From an uncultured Acidobacteriota bacterium (GTDB taxonomy: Bacteria > Acidobacteriota > Vicinamibacteria > Vicinamibacterales > Fen-181): a stretch of 64,000 bases of DNA. Positions 1 to 9,944 of the stretch are shown in pieces. The DNA lies in the NCBI GenBank assembly GCA_963813585.1, contig CAWEZL010000001.1, positions 866,791 to 930,790 of the forward strand, read 5' to 3'. How positions within the stretch are numbered: position 1 is the stretch's first letter; every line of letters begins with the position of its first letter. A program made the translations under genes and the position numbers. Under the pieces are notes generated by a model. That model was not told where the DNA came from. It was given only the letters and a program-made list of their open reading frames with translations, and searched no databases.

Positions 1-1
1 C

Positions 2-625
2 ACCAGCGACAACGGGCCGTGGCTCCACTTCGGCGCGCATGCCGGGTCGGCCGGGCCGTTCCGCGAGGGGAAGGGGACGGAGTTCGAGGGCGGCGTGCGT
101 GTGCCCTGCGTGGTCCGGTGGCCGGGGCGCATCCCGGCGGGGAGCGTGACGAGCCGGATCGCCTCGACGATCGATCTCCTCCCGACATTCGCCGCGGTGG
201 CGGGCGCGAGGCTGCCGAAGAACCCGATCGACGGCGTGAACATCCTGCCGCTGCTCGAGGGCGACCCGCGCGTGAACCCGCGCCGCACGTTCTTCTACTA
301 CTTCGCGCACGAGCTGAGAGCGGTTCGCAAGGACCAGTGGAAGCTGCTGCTGCCGCACACCTCCCGGTCCTACGCGGGCCAGGAGCCAGGGCGGGACGGC
401 TTCCCGGGCGACTACGGCGAGATCAAGGTGGGGCTCGCGTTGCACGACCTCGTGGCCGACCCGGGCGAGCGGCGCGACGTGGCGGCCGCGCATCCCGACG
501 TCGTGCGCGACCTGCAGGCCCTCGCCGAGTCGGCGCGCGCCGAGTTGGGCGACGCGCTGACGAACCGGAAGGGCAGGGGCGAGCGCGCGCCGGGGCGGGC
601 GCCGACTCCTGCTGGACCCCCGTAG
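2..625 (+). CDS. Type I sulfatase (arylsulfatase family), C-terminal part; 5' end lies outside the window
   Basis: The frame is open from nt 2 (TSDNGPWLHFGAHAGSAGPFREGKGTEFEGGVRVPCVVRWPGRIPAG...) and continues into listed ORF 95..625. The GKGTxFEGGxRVP and IDLLPTF motifs are typical of sulfatases. Stop TAG at 623-625. Confidence 0.8.
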   Translation, partial: TSDNGPWLHFGAHAGSAGPFREGKGTEFEGGVRVPCVVRWPGRIPAGSVTSRIASTIDLLPTFAAVAGARLPKNPIDGVNILPLLEGDPRVNPRRTFFYYFAHELRAVRKDQWKLLLPHTSRSYAGQEPGRDGFPGDYGEIKVGLALHDLVADPGERRDVAAAHPDVVRDLQALAESARAELGDALTNRKGRGERAPGRAPTPAGPP

Positions 626-692
626 AGCAGGGCTTTAGCCCTGCTGAGACCCCTGCTGGACCCCCGTAGAGCAGGGCTTCAGCCCTGCTGGG
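608..692. repeat. Two tandem ~43-bp units, each carrying the hairpin AGCAGGGC-TT(T/C)A-GCCCTGCT (palindromic element family A)
   Basis: Unit 1 (608-650) is cctgctggacccccgtagagcagggctttagccctgctgagac. Unit 2 (651-692) is nearly identical. Unit 1 contains the sulfatase stop codon. Confidence 0.85.
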
Positions 693-712
693 TAGCCGGC
701 GCGAGGAGGCCG

Positions 713-3700
713 ATGTCCCACGACCAGACGCGGCGTGAGTTCCTGGGGCACATCGCGGGCGGCGCAGTGGCCGCGGCTGGCGGCGTGGGATTCACGCCGC
801 GACCGGGAAGCGCGGCGCCCGAGGCGGGCTTCGCGATCGCGCCTGCCGATGCGGACGTCGAGGCCCTGAGCCGTGTCTTCCAGGCGCCGCCCGACACCGC
901 CAAGCCGATGACCCGGTGGTGGTGGTTCGGCGGCGCGGTGACGCCCGAGGAGATCACCCGCGAGCTGACCTTCATGCGCGACGCCGGCCTGCGGGGCGCC
1001 GAGATCCAGCCCGTCTACCCGGTCACGGTGGACGACCCGGCGCACGGCATCCGCCACCACCGCTACTACTCGCCCGAGTGGTTCGACCTCCTCCGCCATG
1101 CCTCGCGCGAGGCGCGGCGCCTTGGCCTCCAGCTCGACCTGACGCTCGGCAGCGGCTGGCCCTACGGCGGGCCGTTCGTGCCGCCCGCGCTCGGCGCTCG
1201 CCGGCTCCGCGTCGTCTCCACCGACCTGGTCGGCCCGCGCACGTTCTCGTGGGAGGTGGCACGCCTGCTCGGCGAGGACGACCGCGCCGCGGCCCTCGTC
1301 CTGGCCCCGGTCGCCGAGGACGGGACGGTGAGGGTGGAGGAGGCGAGGGAAGTCGAACCCGCGCGGGCACTCCTCGACTCCGCTCAGGGCGGCGGGGCGC
1401 CCGCGGCGACTGCCGAGGGGGCCGCCGGCAGCCTGGACATCCCCGCGGGGCGCTGGCGACTGATGCTCTTCGTGGACGAGCCGACCGGTATGCAGGTGAA
1501 GCGGCCGACCTTCGGCATGGAGGGGCTCGTCGTCGACCACCACAATCGCGAGGCCGTCGAGCTGTTCCTGCGCGCCGCCGGCGACCGGGTGTTCGACGCG
1601 GTGGGCGGCGAGGGAGGGCCGCCGTTCCACTCGGTGTTCTGCGACAGCCTCGAGGTCTACGGCGCCGACTGGACCGGGCGCCTGCCGGCCGAGTTCGAGC
1701 GGCGGCGCGGCTACCGGCTCGAGCCGTACCTGCCGGCTTTGTTCGGCGATGCCGGGCCGCTCACGCCGCACATCCGGTACGACTTCCACCTCACACTCTC
1801 GGATCTCATCGTCGAGGGGTTCTTCGCGCCGCTGGCCGCGTGGGGCGCGCGGCGAGGCGTCCGGTCGCGCGTGCAGGCGCACGGCGCGATGGGCGACGTC
1901 ATGCGCGGCTACGGCCTGGCCGACGTGCCCGAGGGGGAGAACATCTTCCTCGGAGACCGCTGCCAGGTGAACCTGAAGCACCGCCGCCTCGCGTCTTCCG
2001 CCGCGCACATCTACGGCAAGTCGGTCGCGTCGGCCGAGACCTACACGTGGCTGCGCACCCCCGTCTTCACCACGACGCTCGAGATGATGAAGGCGGCGAC
2101 CGATTCCGTGTTCCTCGACGGCATCAACCAGGTCGTCAACCACGGCTACTCGGTACTCGCCGCCCGGGGCGGGGGAGCCGGGGTGGGCGTTCTACGCGTC
2201 CACCGAGATCAACCACACGCAGACCTGGTGGCGGCACTATCCGCACCTCGCGCGCTACGTGCAGCGCGTGTGCGCGGTGTTGCAGCAGGGCGAAAGTGTG
2301 AACCCGGTGCTGGTGTACCTGCCGATGGCCGACGTCTACGCCGCGCACGGCGTAGGCGGGCTGCACCTGGACGAGGAGGTGCAGGCTCGCATCGACCCGG
2401 CGCTGCTCGACGGGATCCGCCGCGCCGGCTACGACTTCGACGTCGTCAACGACCATGCCTTGGTGGAGGTGATGAGGGTCGAGGACGGCACCAACACCGG
2501 TGGAGCAGGGCTTCAGCCCTGCTGTCTGCAATCCGCGGCGGGCACCGGCCGCTACCGGGTGATCGTCGTGAACGAGGTCCGCCTGATGCCGCCCGAGTCG
2601 GCGGCGAAGATTGCCGAGTTCGTGCGCGCGGGCGGCCAGCTGATCGTCGTCGGGGGGATCCCGGAGGAGGCCCCCGGCGTGAAGGACCACGACGCGCGGA
2701 CCGCGCTGATGCGCGAGACGCTCGCGGGTCTGTGGGGCGGCACGATGCCGGCGGGGGCCGCGGTGGTGGCGCCGCACTTGGGCGCCGCGCTCGTCCCCGA
2801 CGTGCCGTCGGCGCTGGTCCGGCTCGCGCGGGTGCTGCCGCCCGACCTCCGGATCGTGTCGGGCACGCTTGAAGGGACGCCGGTGGAGCCGGGCGTGAGC
2901 CCTGCTCTCTCAAACGTGGGCTTCGTGCACCGGCGCGTCGGCGGGGCGGAGTGCTATTTCGTCGCCAACGTCTCCGCGGAGGCTCGGGACCTGCGCGTCG
3001 AGTTCGCGGTTGGCCACGCGAGGCCGCAGCGATGGGATCCCGAGACGGGTCGCCCGGCGGGCGAGCCGCCGTACAAGTTCGCCACGCGCCGTGCGGCCGA
3101 AGGGGTGACGGCCGAGCCGGTGACGTCCGTGGAACTGCGTCTCGCGCCGTTCGAGTCGTGCTTCGTGGTGTTCGGCGCCGATGCCGCGCCGCCGGTTGTC
3201 GTCGCCACCGACCCCCGCGGGCAGTGGGAGATCGCGCGGACGGGACCGCGCGCCGAGATCCGTGGGCTCGTGCCGGCGGCTGGCCTGTACGAGGTCGAGC
3301 GCCCCGGCGGCCGCATTCACCGTGTGCGAGCCGGCGCCCTTCCGCCTGCCGCGGCGGTCGAGGGCGCGTGGACGCTGGCCCTCGGCAAGGGCGCGGCGGC
3401 GAGGCTGGACCGGCTGCGTCCGTGGACCGAGTTCCTCGGCGGGCGAGGTTTCAGCGGGTGGGGCGTGTACGAGTCCCGCGTCGAGGTGCCCGACCTCGGG
3501 TCGGAGATCGAGTGGTTCATCGACCTCGGTGAGGTGCACGAGACCGCGCAGGTGATCCTCAATGGGCACGACCTGGGGGCGGCGTGGAAGGGAAAGCGCC
3601 GGCTATCGTGCGGCACGGCCATCGTGCGCGGGTCGAACCGGCTGCGCGTGGAGGTTGCCAACCTCTGGATCCACCACGTCCTGGCGCATCCGCCCGGCGA

Positions 3701-3854
3701 CCCGGCTCGCCACCTGAAGGGCGTCGGCCCCGATCCGGAGCTGGCCGAAACCGCCGGCATTCGCTGGGGGACCTACGGCGAGGTGCCCCCCGAGCGCGTG
3801 CCCCCCTCCGGCCTCCTGGGCCCCGTCCGCCTCGTCCCGATGAAGCGCGTCTGA
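713..3854 (+). CDS. Tat-signal secreted glycoside-hydrolase-like protein (~1046 aa); reading frame broken once near nt 2158
   Basis: ORF 713..2872 has an RREFL twin-arginine motif and then TRWWWFGG, and makes sense up to ...NHGYS. The sequence YSPPGAGEPGWAFYASTEINHTQTWWRHYPHLARYVQRV continues in the frame of ORF 2259..3854. Total length mod 3 = 1, consistent with one extra base. It resembles large GH106-like or 'glycosyl hydrolase' proteins; that family call is from memory. Confidence 0.7.
2491..2545. repeat. Third copy of palindromic element family A, located inside the glycoside-hydrolase ORF without breaking the frame
   Basis: The core gagcagggcttcagccctgctg (2503-2524) is identical to the unit at 651-692. 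It is translated as ...TNTGGAGLQPCCLQSAAG... within ORF 2259..3854. Confidence 0.8.
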
Positions 3855-3855
3855 G

Positions 3856-4040
3856 GAATGGGGCCAGGCCCCATTTCTCACGCCGGTCTCAATAACGGGC
3901 GGGCGCCACCCGGATTCCCCAGCGATCTCTCACCTCGACCCGGCGTCGGTGTGCGCCGCCCGAAACGGGGCCAGGCCCCATTTCTCACGCCAGTCTCAAT
4001 AACGGGCGGGCGGGCCCGAAATGGGGCCTGGCCCCATTTC
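3856..4040. repeat. Cluster of three copies of palindrome GAAA(T/C)GGGGCC(A/T)GGCCCCATTTC (element family B); two copies share a ~50-nt extended unit
   Basis: Copies at 3856-3877, 3962-3984 and 4018-4040. The first two continue with tcacgcc(g/a)gtctcaataacgggcgggcg. The cluster lies in the intergenic space between convergent genes (GH and fhs). Confidence 0.85.
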
Positions 4041-4055
4041 CGACATTTCCGATCG

Positions 4056-5709
4056 TCAGAACAGGCCGACCACCGTGCCGTCGTCGGAAATGTCGATGCG
4101 CTCGGCGGCCGGCTCCTTCGGGAGGCCGGGCATCAGCATGATCTCGCCGCACACCGCCACCACGAACCCGGCGCCCGCGGAGAGGAAGAGCCGGTCCACG
4201 TCCACGTCGAAGTTCGTCGGCCGCCCCTTCGCGGCCGGGTCGTCCGACAGGGAGTTCGGCGTCTTGGCCACGATGACATGCAGCGTGTCGTAGCCGAGCT
4301 GCGTCAGGAGCTCGATGTCCTTGCGCGCCTGCCGCGTGTAGTTGATGCGCGCCGCACCGTACATCTTCGTCGCGATCGTCTCGATCTTCCGCGGGATGCT
4401 CCACTCGGGCTCGTAGATCGGCGCCACCCGGGCGCCGCTGTTCACCGCCTCGCGGACCGCCCGCGCCAGGTCGAGGCACCCCTCGCTCCCCTTGTTGTAG
4501 GCGTCGGCCGACGACCGCACTGCCGCCTTACGCGCCGACGACGTGCTTCACCGTCAGCTCGATCTCCTCCTCGGAGTTGTCGGGGAAGTAGTTGATGGCG
4601 ACGATCAACGGCAGGCCGAACGCCTGCATGTTCTCGATGTGCTTGTCCAGGTTGTCGAAGCCCGGATGAGCGCCTCGAGGTTCTTCTCGGCGAGCGCGTC
4701 CTTCTCGGCGCCGCCGTGGAACTTCAGCGCGCGCAGCGTGGTCACCAGCACCACCGCGTCCACGTTGAACTTCCCGACGCGGCTCACGAAGTCGAGGAAC
4801 TTCTCGCCGCCCAGCTCGGAGGCGAAGCCGGCCTCGGTGACCGTGATCTCCGACAGGCACTGGGCGAGCCGGATCGCCTGGATCGAGTTGGTGCCGTGGG
4901 CGATGTTGGCGAACGGCCCGCCGTGGATGATGGCCGGTGTGCCCTCCGAGGTCTGCACGAGGTTGGGCTTGATCGCGTCCTTCAGCAGCAGCGCCATCGA
5001 CCCCACGACCTTCAGGTCGGCGGCGGTGATCGGCTTGTTCTTCGGAAGGTGTAGCCGACGACCATCCGGGCCAGCCGCGCCTTGAGGTCTGCGAAGTCCT
5101 CCGCCAGGCACAGCACGGCCATGATCTCAGACGCCACCGAGATGTTGAACGCGTCCTCGCGGGCGAAGCCGTTCTGCCGGCCGCCCAGGCCGATGACGAT
5201 CTCGCGCAGCGCGCGGTCGTTCATGTCGATGACGCGCCGCCACGCAATCCGCCGCGTGTCGATGCCAAGCGGCGTTGCCGTGCTGGATGTGGTTGTCGAT
5301 GACCGCCGCGAGCAGGTTGTTGGCGGTGGTCACCGCGTGAATGTCGCCGGTGAAGTGCAGGTCGATCTCGTCGCGCGGCACGACCTGGGACGGCCCCGCC
5401 GCCGGTCGCTCCACCCTTCATGCCGAACACCGGCCCAAGCGACGGCTCGCGCAGCGTCACGATCGACTTCGTCCCCAGGCGGTTCAGCGCCATCGACAGG
5501 CCGATCGCCGTCGTCGTCTTGCCCTCGCCGGCAGGCGTGGGGGTGGTGGCCGTGACGAGCACCTGGCGGCCGGGCGCGCCGCCGCAGGCGAGACGACGCT
5601 GGAGGGACGGCTCGAGCTTCGCCTTGTAAGGACCGTAGTAGTAGAGTTCGGCCTCCTCGATACCGAAGGCCGCAGCCACCTGCTTGATCGGGATCATCTG
5701 GTCGGGCAT
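4056..5709 (-). pseudogene. fhs: Formate--tetrahydrofolate ligase, split over at least 6 frame segments (>=5 frameshifts)
   Basis: The segments join in order. ORF 5221..5709 ([19 protein letters not shown]...[16 protein letters not shown]...[14 protein letters not shown]), then 5127..5414 ([20 protein letters not shown]), then 5012..5224 ([15 protein letters not shown]), then 4605..5111 ([15 protein letters not shown]), then 4528..4860 ([25 protein letters not shown]), then 4056..4520 (C-terminus). Shifts lie near 5400, 5270, 5045, 4670 and 4530. Confidence 0.85.
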
Positions 5710-5919
5710 GAGAGCGTCTCCGGTGAACAGGGCGTCGGGCGTTCCTCGTCCCGGCGACCCGATCTGCCAGTATATCGATCAGTGTCCGCACGCAGGAACC
5801 ACCGTTCCGGATCCGGACACCCGGGGGCGCCGCGAGCGGCACCCCAATGAGCCCAAGCGACTGGCGGACAGGCGCTTACGCCCTCGGCACGCTCCTGGCC
5901 TAACGGAGCGTGGGAGGGC

Positions 5920-8366
5920 ATGCGCACGGCCATGATGAACGGCATCGTTTTCGACCTCCGCTACGCACTCCGGACGCTGAACCGGAGCCGCGGGTTCGCC
6001 GCCACCGCCATCCTCACGCTGGCGCTGGGCATCGGGGCGAGCGGCGCCATCTTTGCGGTCGTGCACGCCGTCGTGGTCCGCGACCTTCCGTTCGCGGACG
6101 CCGCCCGGCTGGTGGCCGTGACGCGCACCACGGCCCAGGGCGCGGACGGCAGCCACTGCGCCGCCGATTTCCTGGATATCGGCCGCGAGAGCCGGTCGTT
6201 CTCCGCGCTCGCCGGGTACCGGATGGACGTGTTCGAGCTGGCCGACGGCACCGGCGACCCCGAGCGCGTGGCCGGGGCCCAGGTGACCGCGCCGTTCTTC
6301 GACGTGCTGGGCGTCGCGGCCGTCGCCGGCCGCACGTTCTCGGCGCGGTCCGACGACCCTCGCGGCGAGCGGCTCGTCGTGCTGGCGGACGACCTCTGGC
6401 AGCGGCGCTTCGGCGGGGACCGTGGCCTCGTCGGCCGCACGATCCGCATCAACCGTGCGCCGGCCACTGTCGTTGGCGTGATGCCGCCGTCGTTCCGGTT
6501 CCCCGGCGACGCGCTGGCGTGGCTGCTGTCGGCCGAGCCCGTTCCGCCGCCACCGCTCGACGTGGAAGGCGACCTGCTCGCCGACCGGCAGGTGCACTAC
6601 TTCGAGGCGATCGCCCGCCTGAAGGACGGCACGACCGCGGACCAGGCGAAGGGCGACCTGGCATCGATCGCCTCGAGCCTGGGCGAGCGGTATCCCCAGA
6701 CGAACCGGGGACAGGGCTTCAGCGCCGTGCCGCTTCACGACGTGATCACCGGGGACACGCGCGCGGTGCTGTTCCTGCTGCTGGGCGCCGTCGGGTTCGT
6801 GCTGCTGGTCGCGTGCGCGAATGTGGCCGGACTCGTGCTGGCCCGCTCGACCGGACGCCGCGAGGAGCTGGCCATGCGCGCAGCACTGGGCGCCGGACGG
6901 GCACGTCTTCTGCAACAGATGCTCGTCGAGAGTCTCGTCGTCGGCCTGGCCGGAGGGTTCGCCGGGCTGCTGCTGGCGTCGTGGGGGCTCGACCTGCTGG
7001 TCGCGCTGCTGCCCGAGGACTTCCCGCGGCTCGGGGAGGTGTCGCTCGACGGGACGGTCACCTTCTTCACGCTCGCGCTCGGCGCCGGCACGTCGCTGGC
7101 GTTTGGCATCCTGCCGGCTCTGCAGGCCTCGCGCCCCGGGATCGCGTCCGCCCTGCAGGCCGGCGGGACGCGCGCCGGGGCCCGCGGCCCGAGCCGCAGC
7201 ATGTCGGCGCTGGTGGTGCTCGAGATCGCGTGCGGGATCGTCCTCAGCGTCGGCGCCGGGCTGATGGTCACCACGCTCCTGCGACTGCAGGCGGTGGATC
7301 CGGGTACCGCGCGGAAGGGGTCGTGCGGGTCTCGCTCCCGCTGCCCGCCAACAGCTACGGGACGGGCGAACAGCAGGCCGAGTTCTACACCCGCGTGATC
7401 GAGGGGCTGTCGGAAAACCCGGTCACGCGGCACACCGCCGCGGCGTTCCCGATCCCGCTCTCGGGCGCCGGCGCGTCCGGCGGCGTGCAGGTGGAGGGGC
7501 GGCCGTGGACCGAGGACCGCGAGCGGCCGGTCGCGGCCATCACGTGGGTCTCGTCGCGGTACTTCGGCGTCCTCGGGATCCCGCTGCGCCGCGGGCGCGA
7601 CTTCGACGACCGCGACGCCGCGCGCGCCCCGGCGGTCACCGTGATCAGCGAATCGGCCGCGGCGCGCCTCTGGCCCGGCGAAGACCCGATCGGCCGCCGG
7701 CTCAGCTTCGGCGACGAGGCCGACCCCTCCTGGATCACCGTCGTCGGCGTCGTCGGCGACGTGCGGCACCAGGCGTTGTCGTCGGCGCCGGCGCCGATGC
7801 TCTACATACCGCTCCGCCAGAACGCGGTGCCGCTGATGACGCTGCTCGTGCGTTCCGAGGCGGGCCCCGGAGCCGTGGCGTCCGCCGTGAGGACGGTGGT
7901 CCGCCGGATCGACCCGGAGCTGCCGGTCGGAGAGGCCGCCGGGTTCTCGACCGCCGTCGCGCGGTCGCTCGGCGAGCCGCGGCTGCGCGCCACGCTCCTC
8001 TCCGGGTTCGCGGGCGCCGCCATGCTGCTCGCCGCCGTCGGAGTGTACGGGCTGCTGTCCTACAGCGTCGCGCGGCGGAGACGCGAGATCGGGATCCGCC
8101 TGGCGCTGGGCGCAACGCCGCGGCAGGTGCGCGGCGCGGTCGTGGCCGAGGGGATGAAGCTGGCGCTGGCGGGGATTGCGATCGGCGTGCCCGTCGCGAT
8201 AGCGTTGTCGCGCCTGATCTCGGCCCAGCTGTTCGATGTCGGGCCGGCCGACCCGGCGACGCTCGGCGGGGTGGCGCTGCTGCTGTGCACCGTCGCCCTC
8301 GCGGGATGCTGGCTTCCCGCGCGTCGCGCCGCCGGCAACCCGGTCGAGGCACTCCGGGCGGAGTAG
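5920..8366 (+). CDS. ADOP-family (MacB-like, duplicated FtsX) permease, copy 1; one frameshift near 7305
   Basis: ORF 5920..7398 carries the typical N-terminus (FDLRYALRTLNRSRGF) and first FtsX domain up to LQAVDPG. YRAEGVVRVSLPLP... continues in the frame of ORF 5910..8366 to ...NPVEALRAE. Restoring the frame needs one more G in the run at about 7305. The start could instead be Met 5932 or 5935. Confidence 0.8.
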
Positions 8367-8382
8367 GCGAAAAGGGGGAGCC

Positions 8383-9780
8383 ATGGACGGCCGGTTGCCC
8401 GCTTGTTCTCGTGTGATTGCCGCGATCGTGCTGCCGGCGCTGGCCATGGCGGCTGTTGCGGGGGCGCAGGGGCCCACCCCGCTCGCCGACTCCCTCCACG
8501 GCGCGGCCGAAGCGCTGGTCGACGCCGCCTTCAAGACCGACGACGGTCCAGGGGGGACGGTCATCGTCGTCAAGGACGGCGTGCCCGCTTACCGCGCGGC
8601 GCGAGGGATGGCGAGCATCGAGCTGGGCGTGCGGATGCAGCCCGACTCGATCCTGCGAATCGGCTCGGTGACCAAGCAGTTCACCTCGGCCGCGGTGATG
8701 ACGCTCGCCGAGCAGGGCAAGCTCGCCCTGGACGACGAGATCGCGAGGTTCTTCCCGGACTACCCGACCGCGGGCCGGCGGATCACGGTCGAGCACCTGC
8801 TCACGCACACCTCGGGGATCAAGAGCTACACGAGCCTTCCCGCGTGGCGCGGCGCGTGGGGCCGCGACTTCACGACCGCCGAGCTGATCGACTTCTTCAA
8901 GAACGAGCCGGCGGACTTCGGGCCCGGCGAACGGTATCTCTACAACAACTCCGCCTACTTCCTGCTCGGGGCCATCATCGAGAAGGTGAGCGGCGTCCCG
9001 TACGCCGAGTTCGTGAACCGGAACATCTTCGAGCCGCTCGGCATGACGAGGACCCGTTACGGCGACACCGGGCCGGTCATGAAGGGGCGGGCGCAGGGTT
9101 ACCAGCTGGCGGCCGGGGCCATCGTCAACGCGCCATACCTGAGCATGACGCAGCCGGGCGCGGCCGGCGCGCTGGTGTCCACGGTGGACGACCTGGCGAG
9201 GTGGGACGCCGCCGTCTCGGCGGGGACGCTCCTCACCGCCGCGTCGTGGCAGCGGATCTTCACGACCTACCGGCTGAAGAACGGGAGAGCGACCGGCTAC
9301 GGCTACGGGTGGCAGGTCGGGTCGTTCGAGGGGCGCCCGGTGCAGGAGCACGGCGGCGGCATCAACGGTTTCTCTGCCTACGTCGTCCGGCTGCCCGAGG
9401 ACCACGTCTACGTCGCGGTGCTCGCCAACAGCACCACGACCAACCCGGGTGCGCTGGCACGCAAGCTCGCGGCGCTCGCCGCCGGCAAGCCAGTCGTGAA
9501 CCCCGCGCCAGTCGTCCTCGCGCTGGACAAGCTCCCCGAGTACGCCGGCGTCTACCAGTTCGACGACGAGGTGAAGGCCACGGTGACGGCCGCCGATGGG
9601 CTCTCCATCCAGGCAGGGGGCGGGAGCCCGACGAAGATCGTCCCGATGGCCCCCGACCGGTTCTTCGTTCCGGACTCATTCACGCGCTACGCGTTCGAGC
9701 GCGACCAGGCCGGCAAGGTGACCGGGCTGACCCGCACGACGTTCAACAGCGTGGACAAGGGGAGGCGCGTCGGCAGCTGA
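8383..9780 (+). CDS. Secreted serine hydrolase of the beta-lactamase (class C / PBP-like) family
   Basis: ATG at 8383 is preceded by aaagggggag. There is a signal peptide (VIAAIVLPALAMAAVAGAQG), an SxxK motif (SVTK) and a YxN motif (YNNSAY). Confidence 0.85.
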   Translation: MDGRLPACSRVIAAIVLPALAMAAVAGAQGPTPLADSLHGAAEALVDAAFKTDDGPGGTVIVVKDGVPAYRAARGMASIELGVRMQPDSILRIGSVTKQFTSAAVMTLAEQGKLALDDEIARFFPDYPTAGRRITVEHLLTHTSGIKSYTSLPAWRGAWGRDFTTAELIDFFKNEPADFGPGERYLYNNSAYFLLGAIIEKVSGVPYAEFVNRNIFEPLGMTRTRYGDTGPVMKGRAQGYQLAAGAIVNAPYLSMTQPGAAGALVSTVDDLARWDAAVSAGTLLTAASWQRIFTTYRLKNGRATGYGYGWQVGSFEGRPVQEHGGGINGFSAYVVRLPEDHVYVAVLANSTTTNPGALARKLAALAAGKPVVNPAPVVLALDKLPEYAGVYQFDDEVKATVTAADGLSIQAGGGSPTKIVPMAPDRFFVPDSFTRYAFERDQAGKVTGLTRTTFNSVDKGRRVGS

Positions 9781-9944
9781 GAGAGGGCCGGCCTTGGGGC
9801 GGCCCCGGCCCCCGGCGCGGCGACGCGTCCGGGATTGAGGACGGTCGGCAGGGGCGGCCACGCGCCGTAGCACCGAAATACCATCAGAATCACAGCGGCT
9901 CCCGTTGGCATCATGGTTGCGCTAGCTCCGTGCGGGAGGGGGAT

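Noticed and set aside
3858-4595. ORFs beginning MGPGPIS... or MRNGAWPHF... (3858..4595, 4021..4293, 16257..16520)
   Set aside because: The recurring peptide is just the translation of the palindromic repeat GAAATGGGGCCWGGCCCCATTTC in different frames. There is no coding support beyond the repeat.
4056-5709. Programmed ribosomal frameshifting as an explanation for the broken genes
   Set aside because: There are too many shifts per gene, in both directions, at simple G runs, with no slippery heptamers or downstream structures. Homopolymer miscalls or decay are far more parsimonious.
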